DNA from: a virus
Lineage: Duplodnaviria > Caudoviricetes
DNA length: 64,000 nt
Strand: one strand, 5' to 3'
Virus record (IMG/VR): IMGVR_UViG_3300027986_000008
Span: 38,277 to 102,276 of that record
This document shows, in pieces, positions 41,074-51,645 of this stretch. Each line of letters opens with the position of its first letter. Position 1 is the stretch's first letter. The notes below the pieces were generated by a model that did no database searches, was not told where the DNA came from, and saw only the letters and a program-made list of their open reading frames with translations. The translations under genes were made by a program, and so were the position numbers.

Positions 41074-41528
41074 AGGACTGGTACGACGATAACGGCGATG
41101 GAGATCGTGACCTTGAGAAATTCTCGGTTGTTCTTCAGAGATTCTCGACGCTAGAATTTTCCGGGCCGATAACAAAGATTCACTGGAAGGAACTTGCCAT
41201 CGTCCTCGCGGAAGAGAGTGAGATGAACGTACCGTGGGCAAAGTGCTCGGTTGCTGCGTTTCTTATTACAGAGAGATTCAGTGATAACGGACATCCTCGT
41301 CATGACGTGCCGTCGGCTCCGGAGCTTCGCGCGTTCCTTCGCAGGAGAGCCGCGTCTGATCCTCCGGCCGGTCCTCCTCCGAAGCCGTGCGACCTCTGCA
41401 GACCTTTTGAGGGACGGTGGAAGATCATAGTGAAGAACGGAGTCGAGGTTCCGGTGCCGTGCGAGTGCGAACTCGGCAAGTGGCTCGCGAAGCGGAGGAA
41501 GATCGATGAGCAGAGGAGGATCGCGTGA
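41070..41528 (+). CDS. hypothetical replication-associated protein with CxxC...CxC
   Basis: CDLC...W...PCEC; follows the initiator. Confidence 0.5.
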   Translation: MKDWYDDNGDGDRDLEKFSVVLQRFSTLEFSGPITKIHWKELAIVLAEESEMNVPWAKCSVAAFLITERFSDNGHPRHDVPSAPELRAFLRRRAASDPPAGPPPKPCDLCRPFEGRWKIIVKNGVEVPVPCECELGKWLAKRRKIDEQRRIA

Positions 41529-42901
41529 GCAATTCTTACCAGGACTTCCTCGAATCGAAGCGGCTTCGGGTAGTTCCATCCGGCTTCAACGTTAATACTT
41601 CCGCGATTAACCATAAACTCTTCGACTTCCAGAGAGACATAGTGAAGTGGGGAATACGAAAAGGCAAGTGCGCCTTCTTCGAGGATTGCGGACTCGGTAA
41701 GACCGGTCAGGAATTAGAGTGGTCCTCGCACGTCTTCGAGAACACCGGAAAGCCGATCCTTAACGTCGCACCTCTCGCCGTTTCGCGGCAGACAGAGCGA
41801 GAGGGTAAGAAGTTCGACATTCCCGTCAACGTAGTCTGCGAGCAGGCGGAGGTTAAGCGCGGGATCAACATCACGAACTACGAGATGCTGAAGTACTTCG
41901 ATCCGCGCGAATTCTCAGGAATCGTTTTAGACGAGAGCGGAATCCTCAAGGGAGACGGTCCGCTTCGCAAGCGCATCACGGATTTCGCTTACCACGTTCC
42001 GTACCGTCTAGCCGCGACCGCTACTCCGGCTCCGAACGATTATATGGAACTCGGCAACCATGCTGACTTCCTCGGCATCATGTCGAAGACGGAGATGCTG
42101 TCCACATTCTTCGTTCATGACGGCGGCGATACCTCGGAGTGGCGGCTGAAGGGACACGCAGAAGCAGCATTCTGGAAGTGGGTTTCTTCGTGGGCCGTTA
42201 TGATCCGCAAGCCGAGTGACCTCGGGTATGAAGATAGGGGATTTACGCTTCCTCCTATTCACTATCACCAACATACGGTAGACGCGGAATGGAGCGCTGA
42301 TTACCTCTTCCCGGTAGAGGCAAAGACGCTCTCGGAGCGACAGGCTGCGCGCCGAGATAGTATCGAGCCTCGGTGCCGATTAGCGGCAGACCTCGTTAAT
42401 CGTTCGAACGAACAGTGGATTCTTTGGTGCAATCTAAACCCTGAGAGTGAACTACTAGCGTCTCTGATCCCGACTGCGGTGGAGGTCACCGGATCAGACT
42501 CCGATTCTTATAAGGAAACTGCGCCGCTTAAGTTCATCTCTGGAGAGATCAAGGATCTCGTCAGTAAGCCGAAGATCCTCGGTTGGGGGATGAACTTCCA
42601 GCATTGCCGAAATGCTGCCGTGGTCGGCCTATCCGATTCCTGGGAAGCACTCTATCAGATCGCGCGGCGAATCTGGAGGTTCGGCCAAGAACGAGAAGTC
42701 CATATGCATATAATCACCGGAGAACTTGAGGGAGCGGTCGTAAGAAATATTGAACGCAAGGAGCGGCAGGCCGCAGAGATGGCGGAGGCAATGCTCTGCC
42801 ATATGCGCGAGATTAATACGGCAGAGATCCACGGTACGATCCGAGAGTCTGAGTCATATCGTCCGATGAAAGAGATGGTGAAGCCAGTATGGTTGCAGTA
42901 G
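41525..42901 (+). CDS. SNF2-like superfamily 2 helicase
   Basis: DCGLGKT, LDES, TATPAPND, GWGMNFQ, RRIWRFGQ. Confidence 0.9.
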   Translation: MSNSYQDFLESKRLRVVPSGFNVNTSAINHKLFDFQRDIVKWGIRKGKCAFFEDCGLGKTGQELEWSSHVFENTGKPILNVAPLAVSRQTEREGKKFDIPVNVVCEQAEVKRGINITNYEMLKYFDPREFSGIVLDESGILKGDGPLRKRITDFAYHVPYRLAATATPAPNDYMELGNHADFLGIMSKTEMLSTFFVHDGGDTSEWRLKGHAEAAFWKWVSSWAVMIRKPSDLGYEDRGFTLPPIHYHQHTVDAEWSADYLFPVEAKTLSERQAARRDSIEPRCRLAADLVNRSNEQWILWCNLNPESELLASLIPTAVEVTGSDSDSYKETAPLKFISGEIKDLVSKPKILGWGMNFQHCRNAAVVGLSDSWEALYQIARRIWRFGQEREVHMHIITGELEGAVVRNIERKERQAAEMAEAMLCHMREINTAEIHGTIRESESYRPMKEMVKPVWLQ

Positions 42902-43947
42902 TTGAGTCGTTCATTACGGAAAACGCTGCTCTTTACCTCGGAGACTCCTGCGAGATCCTGAAGGAGCTACCTTCGAACTCCGTGGACTACTGGATTTTCA
43001 GTCCGCCGTTCGCTTCGTTGTATACGTATTCGAACAGCGAGCGGGATCTTGGAAATTGCCGGTCTCGGTTCGAATTCTTAGAGCACTACGGGTTCGTTGC
43101 TCGCGAGTTGTATCGAATTCTGAAGCCGGGGCGACTCCTGTCTTTTCACTGCATGAATTTGCCGAGCACGAAGGAGCGCGACGGATTCATCGGTCTGCGG
43201 GATTTTCGCGGCGACCTAATATCGGTTCATGAGCGCTGCCTGAACTGCGGAAGGCCGCGCCAGTCAGAACGCGACGACTCGCACGGATGCCGAAACTACG
43301 AGGGGATGATCTTCCATTCGGAGGTCTGTATATGGAAAGATCCCGTGACGGCGATGCAGCGGACGAAGGCGATCGGCCTACTATACAAGCAGCTTCGCAA
43401 GGATTCTTGCATGTCGCGCCAAGGCATCCCAGACTATCTCGTCACCATGCGGAAGCCGGGGGAGAACGCGAAGCGGGTCACCAAAACCTTCCAGGGGTTT
43501 CCGGTAGATCGATGGCAAGTCTACGCTTCTCCGGTATGGAATGACCTTCAAGAGTACGTCGAATGGCCTCGTGATAACGCGGCGTTTCAAGACATCTATC
43601 CGCAGGGCGCATGGATGGACATCAATCCGTCCGATACGCTCCAGCGTGAATCGGCTCGCGAAGAAGAGGACGAGCGCCATATCTGCCCGCTTCAGAAGGA
43701 AGTAATTAAGCGCGGCATCGAACTCTGGACGAATCCGACCGACATCGTCGGCTCCCCATTTGCCGGGATCGGGAGCGAGATCTACGTGGCGGTGAAGATG
43801 GGACGCCGCGGCATCGGAATCGAACTTAAAGAATCGTACCATCGGCAGAGTTGCCTAAACGTTGCGGCGGCGGAGAAGGAAGCTGGTCAAGCGACGTTGC
43901 TGGACGGTATCGAGGAGGACTCTCTTGAGTTGGCATCCGGAGAGTGA
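42889..43947 (+). CDS. N4/N6 amino DNA methyltransferase
   Basis: SPPF catalytic motif, HICPLQ, SPFAGIGS. Confidence 0.9.
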   Translation: MVAVVESFITENAALYLGDSCEILKELPSNSVDYWIFSPPFASLYTYSNSERDLGNCRSRFEFLEHYGFVARELYRILKPGRLLSFHCMNLPSTKERDGFIGLRDFRGDLISVHERCLNCGRPRQSERDDSHGCRNYEGMIFHSEVCIWKDPVTAMQRTKAIGLLYKQLRKDSCMSRQGIPDYLVTMRKPGENAKRVTKTFQGFPVDRWQVYASPVWNDLQEYVEWPRDNAAFQDIYPQGAWMDINPSDTLQRESAREEEDERHICPLQKEVIKRGIELWTNPTDIVGSPFAGIGSEIYVAVKMGRRGIGIELKESYHRQSCLNVAAAEKEAGQATLLDGIEEDSLELASGE

Positions 43948-44426
43948 GAAAGAGTTTCTGATCCGGCTTGCCGCGACGTGGCTGGCCTGCCGGTGGAGGA
44001 TCATGGGGGGACGGTTGAGCGGTCCGTTTCCGAAGCCGGACCTTGCTTTTGATCTTCTCGGTATGTGGGACTACTCGACGGAGATGAGGCTCTTATGCGC
44101 AGAACGGAGGATCGCGTGAAGATCGGAGAATTAGTAGACCCTGTAAAGAATGCTCAGGAGGCGATCTCTCGCGCCCTGGCCGTCCGCGGATACGTCGTCG
44201 TGGGAATCCCACCGAGCGAGACCAGGCCGATCAAAACCGGAGATCACTTAGATGAGTTCTCCGGTCAGCCGATAATGCATCCTCGATGCCTCCGCGTTAC
44301 GCAGATGACCGGCATCGACGATTGGCGGAAGCAGTTCGAGGTCCTCTTTCCGGGGAAGTCGGATAACAACGTGTACGAAGCCGGGTCGCGGTTCTATCGG
44401 TGCTCATTGGTGGTGAGCCATAAAAA

Positions 44427-44849
44427 ATGAGGAACTGGACGAAAGAGGAGTACGAGAGCAAGGTCGGCATCCGTCCGGCGGCTCCCCCGATGAGCATCGG
44501 GAGCGTCGAGGATGATTCCCCGAAGATGAACAAGACGGAGGCTGCGTTCGCTCTCCACCTCGATCTTCAGAAGAAGGCCGGAGAGATCCGCAACTGGTGG
44601 TTCGAGTCGATGAAGTTCCGGATCGGGAAGCACTGCTGGCTCCTGATCGACTTCCTCGTTGAGACGAACGAGGGAAAGCTCATCGGCTATGACACGAAGG
44701 GGACGAAGAAGCTGGAGAGCGGACGGACGGCTGCTCTCGCCGAGGATGACTCGGCTGCGAAGTGCCATGCTCTCGCAGATAAATATCCGATCCCCACTTT
44801 TTTTGTGTGGAAGGAACGGAACGGCGAGTGGTCGAGACGAAGGATGTAG
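44427..44849 (+). CDS. PD-(D/E)xK nuclease (DUF1064-like)
   Basis: MNKTE..F, WFE, DF.V, YDTKG. Confidence 0.7.
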   Translation: MRNWTKEEYESKVGIRPAAPPMSIGSVEDDSPKMNKTEAAFALHLDLQKKAGEIRNWWFESMKFRIGKHCWLLIDFLVETNEGKLIGYDTKGTKKLESGRTAALAEDDSAAKCHALADKYPIPTFFVWKERNGEWSRRRM

Positions 44850-44857
44850 TGATTCTT

Positions 44858-45068
44858 ATGGCTTGCGAATGTGTTAGCTGCTCGGCTTGCGGAGGGACGG
44901 GAACCGTTTGGTTTTCCTTTCCTGGTCCGGATCGTGGCGGCAAATATCTCGGTAATCATCGCTGTGATGATTTAGACGAACTCGATACCTGCATGGAGGT
45001 GCGGAGGCTCCGGAACGGTCGAGACCTGCGCTGAGTGCGAGATGGCTATGGAAGACGAGGACTATTGA
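44858..45068 (+). pseudogene. small CxxCxGxG zinc-finger protein with 1-nt insertion
   Basis: CSACGGTG...; removing one G at about 44999 restores CMECGGSG..CAEC. Confidence 0.6.
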
Positions 45069-45258
45069 ATGAAGTGCAAGCTCGATGATAACGTCGGAGA
45101 TCGAGGCCAACGTTACGAGGTCCGGTTCTTCGACCGGAGAGACGGAGCCGAGCGCATCATGGGATGGACGGAGCAAGCCGACGGAGGAAAGCTCTTAAAG
45201 GCCGCGAAGCTCTGGCCGACGGCTCGTGATCCGTTCGTCGTAGACAGGAGACGGAACG

Positions 45259-46389
45259 ATGGGAAGTGATCCGCAAAGCTACCTAGCTCATCTCGATGAA
45301 ATGGCCGAGAGGTCGCTCCGTAAGCGTATCGAGGAGCTTGAGCGCGAGCTTCGCATAGCAAACCATACTCGTGACCTCGCGCAGGAAGCCTCTACGAAGA
45401 ACCTCGAAGCCTTGAGGAAGGCTGAAGCTACTACCTTTGAAGCTAATATCTTACGTGATCAGGAGGACACGGACCGTCTTCTTGCGGCAGAAGCAGAGCT
45501 GAAGAAGAAGGTTGAGGAGTTATCCGGAGTCGAGCAGGCAAACCGCGTAGCCACTGACCTCCTGAAGCAGATGGAGAGCCGTGCTCTCTATGCTGACCAG
45601 CAGGCCAAGGACTTTAAGTTCGATGCTGACCGGCTCCGGACTGCGGAACTCTTAGCGCGCAAGGAGAAGGAGGAGCTAGCGAAATACGTCGAGGAGGATC
45701 GCGAGGCAATCCTTCCGTTCGGAGTCAAGGACTCCGAGTATGTAGCCACGGCGATCCGCCGGTGCGTGAATACCGTTAGCGAACTTCAGAAGGATAACGT
45801 CCGGCTGGCCACACTCCTCGAATCGAAGCTGAAGCGGAACGTCTCGGAATGGCAGCAGCATCCGGCCTTCGAAACGTTCTGCGAACTGAAGTACGGCATC
45901 GTCGGCCAAGTTCTCTCCTGCCTCCAGGACGGCCAGATATCGAGCGGACGTGCCGCGGAGTGCCTCGCAGAGATCGCGCACGGAGCTAAGGAGGTCCGGC
46001 TTCCGAATCAGTTCGACGACCCAGAGCACCTCGAAGCCCGCGTAATGAACTGGATCATCTCTCGGATCGGCCAGGACAGCGCTGGACGGAAGAACCGCGC
46101 GATGAGACTCTACGAGGAGTCCGTCGAGCTTCTCCAGGCCGAAGGCATCGACCGAGAGAAGGCGCTTCGTCAACTCGATTACGTCTATGAGAGACCTCCG
46201 GGAGAGCCAGAGAAGGAGATCGGAGGAGTTGCCGTCTGCGTCCTCGGCTACTGCGCCGCGATTTCCGAGAAGTTCGTCGAGGCGGCTCTCCGTGAGATCG
46301 AGCGAATCGAGGCCAAGCCGGTCGAGGAGATCCGCGGCAGCGTGGCTCGGAAGCAGGACCGAGACCTTGAGGTTATTCCGGAACAATGA
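45259..46389 (+). CDS. coiled-coil protein with C-terminal MazG/NTP-PPase-like domain
   Basis: RLYEESVELLQA...YVYERPPGE..KEIGGV. Confidence 0.55.
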   Translation: MGSDPQSYLAHLDEMAERSLRKRIEELERELRIANHTRDLAQEASTKNLEALRKAEATTFEANILRDQEDTDRLLAAEAELKKKVEELSGVEQANRVATDLLKQMESRALYADQQAKDFKFDADRLRTAELLARKEKEELAKYVEEDREAILPFGVKDSEYVATAIRRCVNTVSELQKDNVRLATLLESKLKRNVSEWQQHPAFETFCELKYGIVGQVLSCLQDGQISSGRAAECLAEIAHGAKEVRLPNQFDDPEHLEARVMNWIISRIGQDSAGRKNRAMRLYEESVELLQAEGIDREKALRQLDYVYERPPGEPEKEIGGVAVCVLGYCAAISEKFVEAALREIERIEAKPVEEIRGSVARKQDRDLEVIPEQ

Positions 46390-48983
46390 GCCGAGACCAA
46401 CAGGATCGGATCGAGCGCGGCATGCCGATCAACATCGACGCCGAGCGCTTCGTCCTCGGGTCGATCCTGCTAGATGATAGCCTCTATGCCGAGGCGTCTA
46501 GCTCCCTAGAGTCTGATGACTTCAGCCTCTCCAAGCACCGCCGTATATTCAAGCGCATGGGTGATCTTCAGGACCGCGGCGAGAAGATCGACCGCATCAC
46601 CGTCGCCAACGAGCTGGCCAAGTATAACGAGCTTGAAGCCTGCGACGGTCTGAGCTACCTCGTCTCTCTCGATGACGGCCTGCCGCAGATCCCCAATATA
46701 GATGCCTACGTCGGAATCGTCAAGGATAAGGCTTCTCTCCGCAAGATAATCTTCGCGTCCCAACATTCGATGAACCGTGCGCTGATGGGAGAGGAGTCTC
46801 CGTCCGACATCCTCGAAGCGATGGAGGAGCAGATCCTTGCTCTCAATGACCGGCAAGTGCGCACCGGTCCGATCTCTCCAGCGAAGATCATAGAGAACTA
46901 CGAAGGCGGGTTGAACACCTTCCTCGATCCAACGAAGCGGCCGAAGGGACTGGGGACTGGCTTCGCGAAGCTTGACTCTCTAACCGGAGGACTTCACCGC
47001 GGAGGTCTATTCATCCTGGCTGCTCGACCGAGCGTCGGAAAGACGGCCTTCGCGCTCAACGTTGCAGCCAACGCGGCGCTGAAGACTCATGCTCGCGTGG
47101 CTATCTTCTCGTGCGAGATGTCGAGAGAGGAACTCCTCACGAGGATGGTCTGCTCGACGGCTCGCGTAGACTCTCAGCGCTTCCGCTCCGGCTGGTTGAC
47201 CCAGGAAGAGAGGAACAAGCTCAAGCACGCGCTCTTCGACATCGTGGAACTCGGAGACCGGCTCGTGATCGATGACTCCGGATCTCTCACCGTGATGGAC
47301 GTAAGAGCGAAGGCCGGGAAGCTGAAGGCCGATCCTTACGGCCTCGACCTAGTGATCATCGATTACTTGCAGTTGATGACGAGCAAGGGAAAGTCAGAGA
47401 ACCGCAACCAAGAAGTATCGACGATGTCGCGCGGGTTGAAGCTCGCTGCGAAGGACCTCGACGTTCCGATGATGGTGCTCTCTCAACTCTCTCGTGCCGT
47501 GGAGCAGAGAGCCGGAGATCACAGACCGCGGCTCAGTGACCTCCGTGAGAGCGGATGCCTACTCACAAAAACATCGAGATTATTTGCGGATGATGGTGTT
47601 CGATACGGTACTATATTACGTATGAATACATACTCCTTGAGCAAGGCATCGTCCGTAGTCTCTCGCGTATCGAAATACCTCCCTACCGGGAATAAAAAGG
47701 TGATCAGGGTAGTTTTAGAATCCGGTCGATTCATCGACTGCACTCCTGATCATAAAATTCTTACCGATCGCGGCTTTAAACCGGCGGAGGAGATTTCCCG
47801 CGATTATTCGATCGCCGCCGTTAGAAGGATTCCGGAGCCAGAAGGGAGGATTTACATCCCGGAGTCGAAATGGATCGGTAGGATGCTCGGAAACGGTTCG
47901 ATGCAGGGATACGGAAGTCCGGGGTTTATCTGCTCGTGCGAGGACGTGGCTAAGGATTTTTGCAAGCAAACCGAAGAACTATTCGGCCTCGTTCCTCGAT
48001 ATCATCCTCATCATAAATGTTCTAAAGTCTGGCAGTATGACATAACCGCCGGACCGGTTCGTACGTCCGCCGGGAATCCGGTTAAGAACTGGATGGTCGC
48101 CCATGATCTTTGGGGCTCTAAGGCTCCTCAGAAGCGCGTCCCGGATTGGTTTACCGAGCAGGCCGACAACCGATCGATCGCCGAACTCGTAGCCGGAATG
48201 TGGGAGACGGACGGAACCGTTACGAGAAGATCCCTGAAGTATGCGACGACTAGTAATGAATTGGGATGGCAGTTAATATGGATGCTCACTCGACTCGGTA
48301 TTTTCGCATCTATAAATGACGGGTCTATGGGCGAAAAGTCGACGACTCCTGGATTCACGATCCTCGTTGCTAATTGGAAAGACGTCGAGCGGTTCCGATC
48401 TCTCGTTCCGATGATTGGGCGTAAGGGGCGAGTGTTGCAGGAGTTGGGGCCTCCCCAGAAGCTATCCGGATCAAATCACGGAGATCGAATTGGAATATGG
48501 ATAAACGAAGAGATTACCAAGGCAATCCGTGCCGCCGGAATGTCGTGGAGAACCGCTGGATATCGGTGCCAGTCGAAGCGTATCTCCCAAGCTGATCTCG
48601 GTCGAGTTATCCGAACCGTTCCCGGCCTTAATCACCTAAAGCCGCTCGTTTCTCCGGATATATATTGGGATCGCTTTGATCGCTTCGATGTCGCGGAGCC
48701 TGGAGAAGTATTTGATCGACACGTGATCGGAGGTCCACATAACTTCGTAGCAAACGGGATCATCGTCCATAACTCGATCGAGCAGGATGCAGACGTCGTG
48801 GGATTCCTATTCCGCGAAGAGATGTATGCTCCGGATCGAGAGGACCTGAAGGGACTCGCGGAGTTGATCTTGGCCAAGCAGCGCTCAGGCCCGACTGGCA
48901 CGGTGGATTTAGTTTTTCTTAATAATACGACTCGCTTTGAAAGTCGGGCCGAGGATGTAGGAGACGAATATGGGGAGACCTAA
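46386..48983 (+). CDS. dnaB: replicative DNA helicase DnaB, intein-containing
   Basis: AARPSVGKT, IDYLQL, LSQLSR, LRESG/SIEQDAD, AKQRSGPTG. Confidence 0.95.
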   Translation: MSRDQQDRIERGMPINIDAERFVLGSILLDDSLYAEASSSLESDDFSLSKHRRIFKRMGDLQDRGEKIDRITVANELAKYNELEACDGLSYLVSLDDGLPQIPNIDAYVGIVKDKASLRKIIFASQHSMNRALMGEESPSDILEAMEEQILALNDRQVRTGPISPAKIIENYEGGLNTFLDPTKRPKGLGTGFAKLDSLTGGLHRGGLFILAARPSVGKTAFALNVAANAALKTHARVAIFSCEMSREELLTRMVCSTARVDSQRFRSGWLTQEERNKLKHALFDIVELGDRLVIDDSGSLTVMDVRAKAGKLKADPYGLDLVIIDYLQLMTSKGKSENRNQEVSTMSRGLKLAAKDLDVPMMVLSQLSRAVEQRAGDHRPRLSDLRESGCLLTKTSRLFADDGVRYGTILRMNTYSLSKASSVVSRVSKYLPTGNKKVIRVVLESGRFIDCTPDHKILTDRGFKPAEEISRDYSIAAVRRIPEPEGRIYIPESKWIGRMLGNGSMQGYGSPGFICSCEDVAKDFCKQTEELFGLVPRYHPHHKCSKVWQYDITAGPVRTSAGNPVKNWMVAHDLWGSKAPQKRVPDWFTEQADNRSIAELVAGMWETDGTVTRRSLKYATTSNELGWQLIWMLTRLGIFASINDGSMGEKSTTPGFTILVANWKDVERFRSLVPMIGRKGRVLQELGPPQKLSGSNHGDRIGIWINEEITKAIRAAGMSWRTAGYRCQSKRISQADLGRVIRTVPGLNHLKPLVSPDIYWDRFDRFDVAEPGEVFDRHVIGGPHNFVANGIIVHNSIEQDADVVGFLFREEMYAPDREDLKGLAELILAKQRSGPTGTVDLVFLNNTTRFESRAEDVGDEYGET
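47556..48773 (+). mobile_element. intein with LAGLIDADG-type endonuclease region (406 aa)
   Basis: Starts at Cys after LRESG; block B TPDH; AGMWETDG; ends NFVANGIIVHN before Ser. Confidence 0.95.
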
Positions 48984-49104
48984 AAATCCTTCCATTCCTA
49001 TCGGAAGCCAAGTTCGGATCTCTTACGGTTTTAGAGGGTATAACCACGAGAGGAGGCCAAGACTGGCCTCCTCCTCTAACATTTCGATTCGAGGAATAAA
49101 AAGA

Positions 49105-50883
49105 ATGGCTCAAGACCTTTTCGGAACGTTCGAATCGCAGCGAGATTTCGCCGCGGTGTATGAGAGCATAGAGACGGAGTACCGCTGCGCGTCATGCGGA
49201 TACGAGTGGAGCGGCTCTCCGAACTCGACCGTCCCGGATGATGCTCCGCGCTTCCGAGAAGTTATCGAGAAGATCGAGACTCTCTTCGGCGAGCAAGAGG
49301 TGCCGACGACGGTGCCGATCGTCTATCCGTACCGCTGTCCGAAGTGCAGGCACGAATGGACCGGAGATCCGAAGCCGAAGGGAGCCTCTTCGCCGGAGCC
49401 GGATGCGCTTGAGTTCGGCAAGGTCGGAGACCGTACAGCGCGCGGGATCATCATCCGCGAGGAGGCCGTCGAGAAGCCTCCGTATAGAGTTCCTCTCATG
49501 CGAGAGATCCACGCGATGCCGTGGAACGGATTCAACGCGGTCGGGACCTTCTCCGGCTGCGGCGGCAGCGACACCGGAGTAAAGATGGCGGGATTCCGCG
49601 TCCTCTGGGCCAGCGAGTTCATACCGGCTGCTCAGGAGTGCTTCCGCCAGAACCATCCTGGAACGATCCTCGACGGAAGAGATATTCGCCAAGTTCAGCC
49701 GGAAGAGATCGAGAAGGCAATCGGCCTGAAAGGATCGGACATAGATCTCTTTTTTGGATCTCCGCCATGCTCAGACTTTTCGACGGCTGGTAAGCGAGAC
49801 GAAGGCTGGGGAAAGGTTAAGAACTACAGCGACTCGAAGCAGCGCGTCGATGATCTCTTCTTCGAGTTCGCTCGGCTCTTGAAAGGCTTGCAGCCGAAGA
49901 CCTTCTTCGCCGAGAACGTTAGCGGCCTCGTGAAGGGAGTCGCGAAGGGATACTTCAAGGAGATCCTGGCTCAGCTGAAGGCTTGTGGATATCGAGTCTC
50001 CGTGAAAGTTCTCGACGCTCAGTACCTCGGAGTTCCTCAGATGAGGCAGCGGACGATCTTCGTTGGCGTGAGAGAGGACCTCGTCGGAGTCGAGCCAGCC
50101 TTTCCGGAGCCGCTGCCGTACTCGTACACAGTCCGAGATGCGCTGCCGTGCGGAGGATTCGTCGAGGTTGAGCGAATACCAGTCCGAGCAATTCACGATA
50201 TGAGCGGCCTATTTAGCCAGGGAGATATTACAGATCAGCTATGCCCGGCGATCACGGTCGGAGTAAATGCCTTAAACTCCCGGCATTATCAAATCGAAGA
50301 GCAGCTTATTCACGCGTCGAAGCGAACGACCGAAAACGTCATCGTTGAACGAATCATCGCACAAGGGAATAATGGAGGCTTCGGAGAAGGAGCCATGCAG
50401 TCCGTCGATAATCCTTCTCTAATGATCGGAGCCTCTCCGTCTACAGGAAACGGTAAATTTCCTCCGAGCTTGGTCGAAGTAGAAAAGGTCACGATCTCTA
50501 AAAAGATCGCTCATAGCGAGGCCGTAGAGGAGAACGTCGGCGCATCGCTTGAAGGCTACGCGGTCGGAGAGGAATGGGATAAGCTCGCTCCAGGAGAATC
50601 TTCTGATCGATTCCTTAACCTCGTCAAGCCGGATCAAGAGAAGCCCTGTCCGACGATAACGGCGCAGGGTGCTCCCGGAGGAGTCGCTTCTGTTACGCAT
50701 CCGACCGAGAAGAGAAAATTCTCGATCGCAGAATTAAAGCGCGTCTGCGCGTTCCCTGATGATTTTGATTTCAGAAATCAAACCTATGCTCAAGCCTGGG
50801 AGAGGATGGGGCGAGCCGTTCCTCCGGTGATGGCAATGTACATCGCGGCTGCGATCCGCGACAAGGTCCTCGCGCGATTCTGA
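49105..50883 (+). CDS. C5 cytosine DNA methyltransferase-like (predicted carboxymethyltransferase) with two N-terminal Zn ribbons
   Basis: FSGCGG, GSPPC, ENV, Q.RQR; motif X GRAVPP. Confidence 0.9.
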   Translation: MAQDLFGTFESQRDFAAVYESIETEYRCASCGYEWSGSPNSTVPDDAPRFREVIEKIETLFGEQEVPTTVPIVYPYRCPKCRHEWTGDPKPKGASSPEPDALEFGKVGDRTARGIIIREEAVEKPPYRVPLMREIHAMPWNGFNAVGTFSGCGGSDTGVKMAGFRVLWASEFIPAAQECFRQNHPGTILDGRDIRQVQPEEIEKAIGLKGSDIDLFFGSPPCSDFSTAGKRDEGWGKVKNYSDSKQRVDDLFFEFARLLKGLQPKTFFAENVSGLVKGVAKGYFKEILAQLKACGYRVSVKVLDAQYLGVPQMRQRTIFVGVREDLVGVEPAFPEPLPYSYTVRDALPCGGFVEVERIPVRAIHDMSGLFSQGDITDQLCPAITVGVNALNSRHYQIEEQLIHASKRTTENVIVERIIAQGNNGGFGEGAMQSVDNPSLMIGASPSTGNGKFPPSLVEVEKVTISKKIAHSEAVEENVGASLEGYAVGEEWDKLAPGESSDRFLNLVKPDQEKPCPTITAQGAPGGVASVTHPTEKRKFSIAELKRVCAFPDDFDFRNQTYAQAWERMGRAVPPVMAMYIAAAIRDKVLARF

Positions 50884-51069
50884 GGCTTTCGCCGTGATCC
50901 TCCGAATCGGCGCGAAGAAGGTCATCGATGAGCTTATAAATTTACGGGAGATCATCAATAAAAAACGTGGTGAAATAATTACGATTTTACTATTTACTAA
51001 TCACCTAGCTGTAGTTTATAGTCGGAATCGGAAGGTAATCTCTCACGAAGGAGAATCGGTGAAATAGAG

Positions 51070-51645
51070 ATGATCATACGGATAAACGAAGACATGAACG
51101 TCGAGGCCAGCAGCAAGCCGTTCGATGCGGAGGCCGAGCCGGGAGTAGTCGGCTTTGAGACGAAGCGGCAGATGCAGGCCGCTCTCGCGAATTGGCCGAC
51201 CGGAAAGCTCATCCAGCTCTGGAACAGCTTCGCCGGAGTCGTCCCGTTCGCGGACCTCAAGCCAGTAAAGAAGTTCGAGACGAGAGGAAAGGCTCTCGCT
51301 CGGTTGTGGAACGCCTTCGAAGCTCTCGCGACGGGGAAGCGCCTGGCCGACGACGAACCGGCTGGCGCGCCGGTGGAGAAGCCGAAGAAGGAGAAGAGAG
51401 AGGCGAAGCTGAAGGCAGCCGCGAAGCCGAAGACCTCTCCGAAGCCTGCCGCGGCCAAGAAGGAATCCAAGCGCGAGAAGGCTATGAAGATCCTCGCGCG
51501 GAAAGGCGGCTGCACTCTCGACCAGTTGATGAAGGAAACGGACTCCTCTCGCGGGACGGCGGCGAACCTCATCAACTATGCGAAGAAGCATGGCGACGTG
51601 ACCGTGACGAAGCAGGAAGACGGCACGCGGGTTTACGCTCTGTGA
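51070..51645 (+). CDS. Lys/Ala-rich winged-helix protein (DUF3489-like)
   Basis: LWNSF.GV.P...KPVKKF..R..A..R.W; C-terminal SKRE...LAR.GG.TL. Confidence 0.65.
   Translation: MIIRINEDMNVEASSKPFDAEAEPGVVGFETKRQMQAALANWPTGKLIQLWNSFAGVVPFADLKPVKKFETRGKALARLWNAFEALATGKRLADDEPAGAPVEKPKKEKREAKLKAAAKPKTSPKPAAAKKESKREKAMKILARKGGCTLDQLMKETDSSRGTAANLINYAKKHGDVTVTKQEDGTRVYAL

Noticed and set aside
41525-43947. Helicase + MTase as a restriction/defence system
   Set aside because: Common phage SNF2-MTase pair in replication regions; no cognate restriction nuclease architecture
51192-51641. N-terminal 150 aa of ORF 51192-52145
   Set aside because: Overlaps the DUF3489-like gene out of frame; the real start is likely GTG 51642
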